Positions 19,938 through 29,576 of a stretch of DNA of 64,000 nt are shown here, piece by piece. The notes below the pieces were generated by a model. It made no database searches. It was not told the origin of the DNA and worked only from the letters and a program-made list of their open reading frames with translations. Both the position numbers and the translations under genes were made by a program. Source of the DNA: Gemmatimonadales bacterium (GTDB lineage Bacteria; Gemmatimonadota; Gemmatimonadetes; Gemmatimonadales; GWC2-71-9). Where the stretch lies: the NCBI GenBank assembly GCA_046757925.1, contig JBHHZE010000002.1, positions 11,117-75,116 on the forward strand, read 5' to 3'. The stretch's first letter is position 1, and each line of letters opens with the position of its first letter.

Positions 19938-21131
19938 TTACCAGACTATTGCCAGCGGGTTCTCCAGCATGAGCCTTACCGTCTGGAGAAACCTGGCGCC
20001 GGTTGCTCCGTCTATCACGCGGTGATCACAACTCATCGTGATCTTGAGGCGCCTCCGGACCGTGACTTCTCCGTTCACTACGACGGGTCGTTGGGTCATC
20101 GCGCCAATGGCTATGATCCCCGCTTCGGGCGGATTGATGACCGCCGTGAAATCGTCTATACCCAACATGCCGAGATTCGAGACCGAGAACGTACTACCGG
20201 TATACTCGTCCGGTCGCAGTCTCCGTTCTCTCGCTCTAGCAGCGAGATCTCGAGCGTCGGCGGCTATCTCGCGCAGTGACTTGAGATGTGCGTTGCGAAT
20301 CACGGGAGTGATGAGTCCGTCATTGACCGCCACCGCCATTCCGATATGCACGTCGTTGAAATAGCGAATGTGATCTCCCTGCCACCACGCATTACACGAC
20401 CGATGTTGGCGGAGACCCTCGGCAACGACTTTGATAATTATGTCGTTGAAAGAAATCCTCGGTTCATCATTCTTGGCCAATAATGCCGCTCGCGCATCTG
20501 CCACGCGCTCCATGTCGATCTCGGCCGTGAGAAAGAAATGGGGGATGGGGCCGAGCGACTCAGTGAGACGGGAGGCGATCGTCTTGCGTATCTGGGTAAG
20601 TGGAACGTCCTCGAACCCGCTGGCCGGCACGGCCGCGCGAACCGGTGCGGCACCACGCGACAAGGTCTCAATGTCTCGTTTGATTATTCGTCCACCCGGC
20701 CCCGTTCCGGTCACCGACGCCAAATCCACGTCCAACTCGCGTGCTAGACGGCGCGCCAGAGGTGAAGACTTCATTACATCACCGGCGGAGTCTATCTGGG
20801 AACTGGGCTTGGTGGGTATCGGTGGCGCCTCGGTGACTTCGCGTGCCTTGCCGTTCCCATCGTCGGGCCCTAGAAGCCCAGCGATGTCGTCGTCTGGCCC
20901 CGCAATGATTCCGATGACAGTACCGACGTTGACGGTGGTCCCCTCGCCGGCGAGTACGCGCCGGAGCACACCTTCTCCCCGCGCCTGGAGTTCCATGATG
21001 GCCTTGTCAGTTTCCACCTCGGCCAACACGTCTCCCTCTGCGACCGAATCCCCTTCGTTCTTGAGCCAGGTGACTACACGCCCCTCCTCCATGGTGGGCG
21101 AAAGCGCTTCCATATATATCTTGGTTGCCAT
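19938..21131 (-). CDS. pdhC: dihydrolipoamide acetyltransferase (E2) with one lipoyl domain
   Basis: Lipoyl-lysine motif VETDKAIME, a peripheral subunit-binding domain (SPLARRLAREL) and the catalytic SCDHRVIDGA. Confidence 0.93.
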   Translation of the reverse strand: MATKIYMEALSPTMEEGRVVTWLKNEGDSVAEGDVLAEVETDKAIMELQARGEGVLRRVLAGEGTTVNVGTVIGIIAGPDDDIAGLLGPDDGNGKAREVTEAPPIPTKPSSQIDSAGDVMKSSPLARRLARELDVDLASVTGTGPGGRIIKRDIETLSRGAAPVRAAVPASGFEDVPLTQIRKTIASRLTESLGPIPHFFLTAEIDMERVADARAALLAKNDEPRISFNDIIIKVVAEGLRQHRSCNAWWQGDHIRYFNDVHIGMAVAVNDGLITPVIRNAHLKSLREIAADARDLAARARERRLRPDEYTGSTFSVSNLGMLGIDDFTAVINPPEAGIIAIGAMTQRPVVVNGEVTVRRRLKITMSCDHRVIDGATGARFLQTVRLMLENPLAIVW

Positions 21132-21151
21132 AGAATCGGATCGCGGTTCAG

Positions 21152-22135
21152 TCAGTTCCGGTACGTAACTTTTTTCACGGCGTCGATGATTTGTCCCGGA
21201 TTGGGCTTCGCCGCTTTCTCCAGTCGCCTGTTATAGGGCATGGGGGTGTCAGCCTGCGTGATCCGTATAATGGGCGCATCCAGATGGTCGAACGCCCCCA
21301 GCTGGATCGTGTCGGCCACTTGTGCCCCGACTCCACAAAAATGCCAGCCCTCTTCAACTACGACACAGCGATTGGTCTTCTGAACGCTCTCGATCAACAG
21401 TTGGTCGTCCAAGGGTCGGATAGTGCGCAAGTCGACAACTTCAGCGGAGATCTCCAGTTGGTCCGAAATCTGCTGAGCAGCCTTGAGAGCGACTGGCACG
21501 GTCTTCCCGTAGCTCACGATGGTTACGTCTGTGCCCTCTCTCTTGATGTCGGCCTGACCCAGTGGGATCGTATACTCATCCTCGGGAACGGCGCCTTTGG
21601 CATTGTACATCATTTCACCTTCGAGGAACACGACCGGATTGTCGTCTCGGATGGAAGCTTTCAAGAGGCCTTTGGCATCGTACGCTGTCGACGGCGCCAC
21701 GACTTTCAATCCCGGGATGTGTGCGTACCAGCTATCAAATGCCTGCGAGTGTTGTGCTGCGAGCTGAAGTGCTGCACCTCCGGGACCGCGGAACACAATT
21801 GGTATCGGGATCTGCCCGCCGGACATGTACAGCATCTTGGCCGCAGAGTTGACTATCTGATCCAGCGCGAGGAGCGCGAAGTTGAACGTCATGAACTCAA
21901 TGACCGGCCGCAGTCCCGCCATCGCGGCGCCAATGCCTACACCCGTGAACCCCAGTTCTGTGATTGGAGTGTCAACCACCCGCTTCTCTCCAAACTCCTC
22001 GAGCAGCCCACGACTAACCTTGTAAGCGCCCTGGTATACTCCAACCTCCTCGCCCATGAGAAAGACGTCGGGGTCACGGCGCATCTCCTCTCCAAGAGCT
22101 TGATTCAGAGCGTCGCGATAGGTGATAGTCTGCAT
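21152..22135 (-). CDS. pdhB: pyruvate dehydrogenase E1 component beta subunit
   Basis: Begins MQTITYRDALNQAL... and is E1-beta-like throughout. I trimmed the start from 22252 to ATG 22135, which abuts the pdhA stop (22138-22140). Confidence 0.92.
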   Translation of the reverse strand: MQTITYRDALNQALGEEMRRDPDVFLMGEEVGVYQGAYKVSRGLLEEFGEKRVVDTPITELGFTGVGIGAAMAGLRPVIEFMTFNFALLALDQIVNSAAKMLYMSGGQIPIPIVFRGPGGAALQLAAQHSQAFDSWYAHIPGLKVVAPSTAYDAKGLLKASIRDDNPVVFLEGEMMYNAKGAVPEDEYTIPLGQADIKREGTDVTIVSYGKTVPVALKAAQQISDQLEISAEVVDLRTIRPLDDQLLIESVQKTNRCVVVEEGWHFCGVGAQVADTIQLGAFDHLDAPIIRITQADTPMPYNRRLEKAAKPNPGQIIDAVKKVTYRN

Positions 22136-22137
22136 TC

Positions 22138-23133
22138 TCAATTCGCGTATACGTCCGTGTAGAGTTCGTTCAGTTCCGGCTCGGGACTTTGCTCCGCGAA
22201 TGCGACGGCATCTGCTATTTCGTCGGTGACGGACTGCTCTATTTCCTTGCATTCGTCTTCCGTAATCAGGCCATCTGCAAGCAGACGCTCGCGGAACGTG
22301 GCAATCGGATCGCGCTTCTTCTGCTCTTCGATCTCATCCTTCGTCCGGTAGTGTCCGTGGATCGGGTCCGACATCGAGTGACCCATGAATCGATAAGTCC
22401 GGACTTCCAGTAACGTCGGCAGCTTGTCCGATCTTGCGCGCTGCACAGCATGCTGCATCGCTTCATATACCGCCAGCACGTCCATGCCGTCCACGGTCAC
22501 GGCTTCCATATCGTACGAACACGCCCGCGCCGCCACGTCGTAGACGGCGGACGCCCGCTCCAGTGCGGTGCCCATGCCGTAGCGGTTGTTCTCACAAATG
22601 AAGACCGCCGGAAGCTTCCAGAGTGCTGCCATGTTCAGTGCTTCGTGGAACGCCCCATTGTTTACGGCCGCTTCTCCGAAGTAACAGACGGCTACTTGGT
22701 TAGTGTCTCGATACCGAATCGCAAACGCGGCTCCCGTTGCCAACGGTATATGGCCGCCGACGATCGCGTGCCCACCCAAAAAGTTGTGTTCGACGCTGAA
22801 TAGATGCATCGAGCCACCTTTGCCGCGCGAACATCCCGTCGCCTTGCCCCACAACTCCGCCATCACTTCGCGAGCCGTAAGACCGCGGGCAAGGGCTTGA
22901 CCGTGGTCACGGTAGCTGGTCATCACGTAGTCATCGTCCCCGAGTGGAGCCATCGATCCCACCGCCACCGCTTCCTGACCGATATAAAGGTGACAGAAAC
23001 CGCCGATCTGACCCTGGGCGTATGCTTCCCCGGTACGCTCTTCGAAGCGCCTGATCAACATCATGCGCCTGAGGAGTTCCCGGTAAAACTCCCGCTGCTC
23101 CGTGTCGAGCGCGACTACCGCCGGCTGTACCAT
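22138..23133 (-). CDS. pdhA: pyruvate dehydrogenase E1 component alpha subunit
   Basis: ThDP-fold E1-alpha with YRFMGHSMSDP. I trimmed the start to ATG 23133 (MVQPAVV...), which removes the overlap with lipA. Confidence 0.92.
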   Translation of the reverse strand: MVQPAVVALDTEQREFYRELLRRMMLIRRFEERTGEAYAQGQIGGFCHLYIGQEAVAVGSMAPLGDDDYVMTSYRDHGQALARGLTAREVMAELWGKATGCSRGKGGSMHLFSVEHNFLGGHAIVGGHIPLATGAAFAIRYRDTNQVAVCYFGEAAVNNGAFHEALNMAALWKLPAVFICENNRYGMGTALERASAVYDVAARACSYDMEAVTVDGMDVLAVYEAMQHAVQRARSDKLPTLLEVRTYRFMGHSMSDPIHGHYRTKDEIEEQKKRDPIATFRERLLADGLITEDECKEIEQSVTDEIADAVAFAEQSPEPELNELYTDVYAN

Positions 23134-23158
23134 CGATTCGCTCCACTGGGGCTCTGCG

Positions 23159-24073
23159 TCATACGGTTGCCGTTGCCTGTTGTACCTGATCCCACGCATG
23201 ATAGGAAGAGCGCACGAGAGGGCCCGCCTCGACATGTCGAAATCCGATCTTCCGGCCCTCGGTAGCGAGCCTGGCGAACTCAGCAGGCGTGTAATAGCGT
23301 GCCACCGCCAGGTGAGACCCGGAGGGTCGGAGGTACTGTCCCAACGTGATGATATCTACGTTCGCGTTCCGAAGATCACCCATCGCTCCAAGAAGCTCGT
23401 CCCACTCCTCACCCATCCCACAGATGATACCGGATTTGGTCAGTTGCCCAGGATGCAGTTCCTTGGCTTTGGCAAGCAGCCGCAGCGCACGGCGGTAGCC
23501 GCCTCCCGGCCGGACCAACGGATACAGGCGGTCGACGGTTTCGAGGTTGTGATTCAAAATGTCCGGTTCCGCCTCGAGCACTATCTCCAAAGCCCGCTCC
23601 GACCCCTTGAAATCCGGTATCAGAAGCTCCACGGACGTACTTGGCAATCGTCTCCGGATCTCTCTCACACATCCGGCGAATAACTCAGCACCCCCGTTGG
23701 GCAGATCGTCGCGGTCGACGCTGGTAATGACAACATGCTCCAGCCTCATTTGAGTAACTGCTTCAGCAAGCCGCGCCGGTTCCTCGGGGTCGTACTGGGC
23801 CGGTGTCCCGTGAGTCACCGCGCAGTAGGCGCAGTTGCGGGTACAAACGTCTCCCAGCACCATGAATGTCGCCGCCCGGTGCTGCCAGCATTCGCCCACG
23901 TTGGGGCAGCGGGCTTCCTCGCACACCGTGTGGAGCCGGAGCTCGCGCATCAGGCTGCGGATTTCCGCGTAGTTCTCTCCGCCAGGAGCCCTGACTTTGA
24001 GCCACGGAGGCTTCCGCGGGCGCGCGGGTGACGCAGATTCCCGGCGGCGGGAGGTCAGTTGAATGAGTTCCAT
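23159..24073 (-). CDS. lipA: lipoyl synthase (radical SAM)
   Basis: Auxiliary cluster motif CEEARCPNVGEC and radical-SAM CTRNCAYC. Confidence 0.95.
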   Translation of the reverse strand: MELIQLTSRRRESASPARPRKPPWLKVRAPGGENYAEIRSLMRELRLHTVCEEARCPNVGECWQHRAATFMVLGDVCTRNCAYCAVTHGTPAQYDPEEPARLAEAVTQMRLEHVVITSVDRDDLPNGGAELFAGCVREIRRRLPSTSVELLIPDFKGSERALEIVLEAEPDILNHNLETVDRLYPLVRPGGGYRRALRLLAKAKELHPGQLTKSGIICGMGEEWDELLGAMGDLRNANVDIITLGQYLRPSGSHLAVARYYTPAEFARLATEGRKIGFRHVEAGPLVRSSYHAWDQVQQATATV

Positions 24074-24202
24074 GAAATCGAAACATAGTCACAGGAGTTA
24101 CGCTATTCCAGGCACTTACGTCAGTTTCTCAACCAAATGGTTGAAAAGTTCGTTGTTCGGTGGCGCTTGCTGATGGCGGATGAAGTGATTTGTGTCGCGC
24201 TG

Positions 24203-25312
24203 TTATGACGACCAGAACCGTGCTGGATCGATCGCGCTGAGATCCAGGTCGGTTGGCGTGCCCGAGTGGAGTTGGGCGAGCAGTTCGCCGGTTAGGCCGG
24301 CCAGGAGTATCCCGTTTCGCCCGTGTCCGGTTGCGTACCACAGGCCGGTGACATCCGGGTCGGGCCCCACGATAGGTCGGCCGTCCGGCGTGCCCGGTCT
24401 GAATCCGGCCCAGGTTCGCTTGAACTCAACGCCTGTCAGGACGGGATACAGCCGGCCCATGGTGCGAGAGAGATGCTGCAATCCCGCAGTGGTGACACTG
24501 GCGTCGAACCCCGCGTATTCCATGGTCGAGCCGACTATCGCCTCGTGCTGGCGGTGCATGACGTATCCACCGGCTCCGTAGACGATTGCCGGCGGTTCGT
24601 CGGTGGGCCAGTCGACGGCAGCCATCTGTCCCCGGACCGGCTCCACGGAGAGTGGCCGCGGCAGCCCGGTGATCCGGCCCGACCACGCCCCCGCTGCGAC
24701 TACGACGTCCCCCGAGCGGTATGTCTGGTTGGAGGTGCGAACGCCTGTGACTCGGGCGTCGCTTCTGAGCACTTCTTGCACGGACTCGCCCCGAACAAGG
24801 GTCGTGCCCTTCAATTCGGCACTCTTCATGAGGGCATCCAGCAGGGCCAGAGGCTCGAGTCCACCATCCTCAGGGGCCAGAGCCGCCCCGATGGCATCTT
24901 GCGAGACACCAGGAGCATGTTTCTGCAGTTCTTCTGCCGACAACCACTCGGCCCGGAACCCGCTCTGGCGTTGCCAAGCGATTTCGCTCCTGGCCGCCGC
25001 CGCGTCGGCTTTGCGGAAAGTCACCTGGAGAATCCCCCCCGTCCACAGTCCGATATCTATACCTGTTTCTTCCAGCAGTTGGGGCGCGAGTTCGTTATAG
25101 AGATCGCGTGCGCGCACCCCCAGGCCTAGCAGCGGGTCTTCGGCCACGGTCTCGGCGAGCGGCGCAAGCATGCCGGCGGCGGCAATAGAGGCAGTGCCCG
25201 ACTTGGGCCCGGCCTCTATCACGGTTACGGCCAGGCCGTCGTGAGCGAGCGATCGTGCGCACGCGGCCCCGATCACGCCGCCGCCTACTACGATGACGTC
25301 AGGTGATGGCAT
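24203..25312 (-). CDS. FAD-dependent oxidoreductase, glycine oxidase (ThiO)/DAO family
   Basis: VIVVGGGVIGAACA dinucleotide fold, PVRGQM, and a C-terminal GHGRNGILLAG typical of the DAO/ThiO family. Confidence 0.8.
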   Translation of the reverse strand: MPSPDVIVVGGGVIGAACARSLAHDGLAVTVIEAGPKSGTASIAAAGMLAPLAETVAEDPLLGLGVRARDLYNELAPQLLEETGIDIGLWTGGILQVTFRKADAAAARSEIAWQRQSGFRAEWLSAEELQKHAPGVSQDAIGAALAPEDGGLEPLALLDALMKSAELKGTTLVRGESVQEVLRSDARVTGVRTSNQTYRSGDVVVAAGAWSGRITGLPRPLSVEPVRGQMAAVDWPTDEPPAIVYGAGGYVMHRQHEAIVGSTMEYAGFDASVTTAGLQHLSRTMGRLYPVLTGVEFKRTWAGFRPGTPDGRPIVGPDPDVTGLWYATGHGRNGILLAGLTGELLAQLHSGTPTDLDLSAIDPARFWSS

Positions 25313-25387
25313 CTCTGGATCCAGACGAAACTTTGTGAAACATTGCTTCGTAGGGACTAACGGACAAGGAAAGGTAGGAGCGAGTCA

Positions 25388-25609
25388 ATGATTCGGACAA
25401 TAGTCGGTTATTCCGTTCTGGCGATCATCGGCATCATAGCCTTGAAGTTGGTACTTGGCTTGATCGGCTTTGCCGTTTCCCTCTTCATGTCACTACTATG
25501 GTTTGCCGCTATCGGCTTCGCGTTCTATCTTGTTCTCAAATTGGTCAGTCCATCGGCGGCGCGCAGCGTCCGTGAGACAATTCGGGGAGAGCCGGACGCT
25601 CCCGAGTAG
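25388..25609 (+). CDS. small two-TM membrane protein, unknown function
   Basis: 73 aa, two long hydrophobic helices, GGAG-like SD upstream of the ATG. Confidence 0.45.
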   Translation: MIRTIVGYSVLAIIGIIALKLVLGLIGFAVSLFMSLLWFAAIGFAFYLVLKLVSPSAARSVRETIRGEPDAPE

Positions 25610-25627
25610 ATCGGGCCGGACCCGAAC

Positions 25628-26428
25628 CTAGTTTTTCTTGCTGCCCCCTGCATTGACACTCAACATGTTGGCGGGGGGCTCTTCTGTAATGTCGGTCAGG
25701 CGCAGTGTGATGGCAAACGATGAAAACTTCACGCGCAACTGCACCATGAGTCGTCGGTCGTCGTCGCTGATCCACATCCTCGCTTCTCTGCTCTCAGCCA
25801 AAATGCCTCGTCCCTGGATTATGGGATGAACAACGATGGTGGGGAACGTTCCAGCCGGTAAATCCAAGGTGTCCTTCTCCAGCACCTTGAGGACGACCGG
25901 ATTGCGGTCGGGCCGGAAGTATCGGTTGAATTCGTAGGTTTCCCCCACGGCAAGATCGAGCGTTCGGGCGAAGTAGAAGAACGCGTAGTCGTCGAGTGGC
26001 GAATCTGACGTCACCATGGTCGAATCGATGCCATCTTGCCGGTAGTAACCCGAGTCGGGGTAGATATCCCACTCGGTGTGCCGGTAGCTACCACCTTCGT
26101 GGAAGTCTTGTACGAACCGTCGTGAGTTGAAGTCGGGAATGCCGATCCACGAGTCCATACGGTCATCCAATTTGTAAAACACGGGTCCTCCTCTGAGCAC
26201 GAAGAGCACGTGTAGCGACGGGACTCCGCGCACGGTGTCAATCCCCGCTACGTACATCATGCCCTTGCCAACTTTGAACAGACCGAATTTCGCCTCATAC
26301 AATAGCGTTTCGCCCACGGGGAACGGTGGGTTTGCGGCCGAGTCCGGCAATACGTCCATCTCGGACTGCGCCCAAAGCGGGGTAACCCCCAACAACAGGA
26401 ACAACCATGCTTGCCAAAACTGCGTCAC
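25628..26428 (-). CDS. DUF3108-like exported protein
   Basis: Signal peptide FWQAWLFLLLGVTPLWA and the pattern GETLLYEAKFGLFKVGKG...LHVLFVLRGG typical of DUF3108. ATGA overlap with the upstream GT2. Confidence 0.65.
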   Translation of the reverse strand: MTQFWQAWLFLLLGVTPLWAQSEMDVLPDSAANPPFPVGETLLYEAKFGLFKVGKGMMYVAGIDTVRGVPSLHVLFVLRGGPVFYKLDDRMDSWIGIPDFNSRRFVQDFHEGGSYRHTEWDIYPDSGYYRQDGIDSTMVTSDSPLDDYAFFYFARTLDLAVGETYEFNRYFRPDRNPVVLKVLEKDTLDLPAGTFPTIVVHPIIQGRGILAESREARMWISDDDRRLMVQLRVKFSSFAITLRLTDITEEPPANMLSVNAGGSKKN

Positions 26429-27174
26429 GATGCCCTCTGAACCGTGGCCTCGGCGGCAGGAACCTGGAGCCTACGGCCGGCGAGAAGAAGATTGAGTGCC
26501 AGTATGGTAGGCTTGCACCTCTTGCCCGTTGAGGGACCGGGACTCGCTGAGACGGGAACCACGGTGATCTGCCGAGCGGCTCGGGCTGCACGGGCCACCA
26601 ACTCGGCGTTGGCACATTCGCCGCCGGTCTCGAGCAGAGGCTGATGCTGGTCCTGCAAGCAGTGCTTGAGGGTGATGAGGCGAATGGCGTATAGGCCCGA
26701 CATCACGTCGCGGAACCCGGCAAGCTTCAGTCCCGGCTTGAGTAACCAGGGTGCCATGCGGCGGACCAAGCGAAGCGCGGTCGACGGAATGTTCTCGATC
26801 GCATCCGCGACGACGACGTCGGCACCCGACTCTGTACGCTTGATGATGTCGGGCAGCACGGCTGGCGAGATCGAAAAATCGGCCGGTACAGTCACCACGC
26901 AATCCCGTCGCGGTCGGTCGGAACGTTGTAACGCTGCACGAAACAACTCTTCGAGGCTCGCCGCGTAGCCTCTTGGTCTCTCGTGATGAATCACGGTGGC
27001 TGGCAGGGCCTGCTGATATGGTACCAATACCTCCGCCGTATCGTCGGTCGATCCGTCCTCGGCGATGAGTAAGTGATATTCGCGCGGGAATTCTTCGAAA
27101 ATCTGCCGGACCTTCCAGAGGACGAGTCCCACAGTTGGGGCGTCGTTCTTGGCCGCAATACATATGTAGATCAT
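26425..27174 (-). CDS. family 2 glycosyltransferase
   Basis: N-terminal IYICIAAKNDAPTVG...LLIAEDGSTDDT (GT-A fold, DxD-type region). Confidence 0.85.
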   Translation of the reverse strand: MIYICIAAKNDAPTVGLVLWKVRQIFEEFPREYHLLIAEDGSTDDTAEVLVPYQQALPATVIHHERPRGYAASLEELFRAALQRSDRPRRDCVVTVPADFSISPAVLPDIIKRTESGADVVVADAIENIPSTALRLVRRMAPWLLKPGLKLAGFRDVMSGLYAIRLITLKHCLQDQHQPLLETGGECANAELVARAARAARQITVVPVSASPGPSTGKRCKPTILALNLLLAGRRLQVPAAEATVQRAS

Positions 27175-27506
27175 TACGTGACTTCCGTTACGGTATTCTC
27201 AAGCCACCAGCGCTATACTACCCCAGCGGCAACACAATGTCTCGGAATATAGGTGGGTCTTGGCCGATGTGTGGAGACGTAGGTGGAAGTTGTTGAATCT
27301 CAGGGACTTCCGTCGACTAACGAAATAGTGTGGCGGCTCCGGATCTCTTAGCAGCCTAGGAGCACTACCGATAACAAGCCGGAATATGCTTGCGCGAGAT
27401 CCCATTGTGTTGTAACGAGGCTCATAGGCCGGTGGGCAAGTGTAACACAAATGTTGGGATGGGGTAACAAGTTATAGAGAGGCAACGATCCATCGGAGGT
27501 GCATTG

Positions 27507-28235
27507 ATGATTATGGCCAATCTACAGCAGCGCCTTGCGCCCAGCGATGTGAGTTTGGTTTTGCACGTGTTGTCGCGCGGCGATCCTTCGCGGCGTCGTG
27601 AGTTGGAACGCGTGGCTCAGGAACAGGGTATCGATGAACTACTCGACGCCCCCGATCTGCTGGAATTGCTGCGTGATCTGCCGGATGTGGCGAGTCCGTC
27701 CCCGGCGCTCTTCATCAGCGTTGCCGTCCGGCGCACACTTCGCCTGGTTGGTATCGAGGACCGGCGCCTGAGTGACTACGTGGGATCGCTATTGTCCGAG
27801 TTCGGTGCCCGAGCGCGTGCCTACCAGATCTCCAGACACGACGACCAGGTCTACAGATACATCACTGATATTGTCGCCGATATCGAGGCCGGCTCGGGTC
27901 GGCGTCGATTCCTGCTGCAGGCTCATCTTGGCAATTTCAGTCTTTGGCTGACCGGGGTGTTCCCCGATCACGTAACTGCTAGGGTACACCGGCGTGGAGC
28001 TCCCAACATGCGGTACTTCGAGGAAATGGGGATGATGGGCTTCAAGTTGGCATCCGAACACCGCCTGGCTCGCGACTTCGACATGGTAGACATTTACTCG
28101 GGAGCGGCCGAGTGTTTTGCGCAGATCCGTGTGGGGTTGAACAAGCTGTCGGACGAACTGTTCTTCCCGAACCGTTCCAATCCCGACCGACTCATGAGGC
28201 AAGTGGTAGACGAGTTTCGGTATCCCCTCGATTGA
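27507..28235 (+). CDS. hypothetical protein
   Basis: 242-aa ORF. GGAGG at 27495-27499 lies 7 nt before ATG 27507. I recognise no family. Confidence 0.5.
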   Translation: MIMANLQQRLAPSDVSLVLHVLSRGDPSRRRELERVAQEQGIDELLDAPDLLELLRDLPDVASPSPALFISVAVRRTLRLVGIEDRRLSDYVGSLLSEFGARARAYQISRHDDQVYRYITDIVADIEAGSGRRRFLLQAHLGNFSLWLTGVFPDHVTARVHRRGAPNMRYFEEMGMMGFKLASEHRLARDFDMVDIYSGAAECFAQIRVGLNKLSDELFFPNRSNPDRLMRQVVDEFRYPLD

Positions 28236-28244
28236 TTGAGATAT

Positions 28245-28733
28245 CTAGTGCGTTGTGGTATCGATTGGGGCGAATAAGGGACATCGTTCGCTGCTCACCG
28301 AACTCCAGTTGACGCGAAGACCGAACAGTGGGATTGTGGAACTCGAACTTGAGATGCTTCCCAAGCCCAATATTCCCTGTGGCGGGTCGATGTCGTAGAT
28401 GAGCACTCCTTTGAACGTATCGAGAGAATCTTCCACCATGAGGATTCCAAACCCCGGGGTCTTGGGGAAACCTTCTCCCTCATAACCGAGAATGAGGCCA
28501 CCGGGACCACGGCCGGTGATGGCCCGTGCCGTTCCATAACCGACTACTTTGGCCGGCACTACACCTTCCACCCCTTCGGGGACTTCTTGTATCAACTTGC
28601 CGGGTGTGGCGAATTGTTCGAGAGCCATGGATGCTGCAGCCATACTGGAGATTCCGCAGACGGGATTGTTTTCCGGATTGCCCTCGGTACAGGCGGCGAG
28701 AGCAATTGCTAGTAGCAGGACAGCGATTTTCAT
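28245..28733 (-). CDS. small lipoprotein, unknown function
   Basis: MKIAVLLLAIALAAC lipobox signal peptide, then a Gly-rich beta-type sequence. Confidence 0.6.
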   Translation of the reverse strand: MKIAVLLLAIALAACTEGNPENNPVCGISSMAAASMALEQFATPGKLIQEVPEGVEGVVPAKVVGYGTARAITGRGPGGLILGYEGEGFPKTPGFGILMVEDSLDTFKGVLIYDIDPPQGILGLGSISSSSSTIPLFGLRVNWSSVSSERCPLFAPIDTTTH

Positions 28734-28857
28734 GTAACGAAGTCTATCGTTGCCGGTGGCACCTGGCCAGGGGTGCTGTTGGTCCCGTTAGCTTGACCGA
28801 CCGGGGAGCCGGGCGTATCGTTTTCTTTATATCACTAACATAGTGGAATGCGGGTCT

Positions 28858-29022
28858 ATGCCAATCTACGAATACCTGTGTGATACTTGTCACGAGCGTT
28901 TTACTCATAGGTCGTCGATGAAAGGCGCTCAAGCTACACCTCCGCGTTGTCCAAAGTGTGATTCGAAGGCCGTGCGGAGGATTTTCACCCCCTTCTACGC
29001 CAAGACGATTCGCAAGAGCTAG
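28858..29022 (+). CDS. FmdB-family zinc-ribbon protein (54 aa, below the ORF-track length cutoff)
   Basis: My translation: MPIYEYLCDTCHERFTHRSSMKGAQATPPRCPKCDSKAVRRIFTPFYAKTIRKS*. The MPIYEYxCxxC ... CPxC pattern is the FmdB-family signature. The stop TAG 29020-29022 overlaps the next gene's GTG by 1 nt. Confidence 0.8.
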   Translation: MPIYEYLCDTCHERFTHRSSMKGAQATPPRCPKCDSKAVRRIFTPFYAKTIRKS

Positions 29023-29564
29023 TGTTCGAGCGTCTTCGTGCGGCAATCAACGCGGCACTCGATGCTGCTACGGTATCGCACGATCCGCGCGAGGCGGCGA
29101 GCAAGATGCGAGAGGCGGTGATCGAGGCGAGAGCGGGAATCGAACTGATGCGTAGGGGCGTTCTCGAGGTAGAAACGGAACTCTCATCTCAGCGCTCTCA
29201 GCTCGCAGATGCCGAACGCCGCGGCCGATTGGCCGATGGCATCGATGATGTGGAGACCGTTGCCGTGGCCAATCGCTTCGTCGAGAAGCATCGGGCCAGG
29301 ATCGGGGTCCTGGAGCAAAAGCTCGAGGCTCAGAGGGCGGAGTTGGCTCTGGCCGAGCGAGAATTAGAAGAGATGAAGAGCGATCTCAAGCGAGTTGGGT
29401 CGAGTCAAGCGGAGGCGGCATGGCGCGAGATCGAAAACGCGGGAGGCACGCGTCCCGCCACCGACGTCGACGGCGATCTGTTGCGTTCCCGATTGGACCG
29501 GGCTGCGCGCGAGGCACACGCGGAGGCTCAGCTAGAGGCATTGAAGAAGAAAATGGGCAAATAG
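29022..29564 (+). CDS. PspA/IM30-like coiled-coil protein (short form)
   Basis: N-terminus MFERLRAAINAALDAA...DP...MREAVIEARAGI parallels the PspA N-terminus ([22 protein letters not shown]...). The rest is heptad-rich. Confidence 0.5.
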   Translation: MFERLRAAINAALDAATVSHDPREAASKMREAVIEARAGIELMRRGVLEVETELSSQRSQLADAERRGRLADGIDDVETVAVANRFVEKHRARIGVLEQKLEAQRAELALAERELEEMKSDLKRVGSSQAEAAWREIENAGGTRPATDVDGDLLRSRLDRAAREAHAEAQLEALKKKMGK

Positions 29565-29576
29565 GAAAGGCGCCGC

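Noticed and set aside
21152-23235. N-terminal extensions in the ORF track for pdhB (to 22252), pdhA (to 23235), oppF (to 31109), oppD (to 32050), SBP (to 35466), gcvH (to 39668), HU (from 40902), M20 (from 15957), OMT (from 45894) and TPR (to 61566).
   Set aside because: The extensions overlap the neighbouring gene and are Arg-rich non-homologous sequence. Internal starts restore canonical N-termini and give ATGA-type or short-gap junctions.
25611-25625. Short hairpin TCGGG-CCGGA-CCCGA between the convergent small membrane gene and the DUF3108 gene, considered as a bidirectional terminator.
   Set aside because: It has only a 5-bp stem and no U-tract on either strand, which is too weak to annotate.
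27199-27450. 83-aa minus-strand ORF filling the GT2 / hypothetical divergent intergenic region.
   Set aside because: It is Cys/Arg/Ser-rich with no motif and no SD. It sits in the AT-richer, promoter-like region. I treated the region as regulatory DNA (see the inverted-repeat finding).
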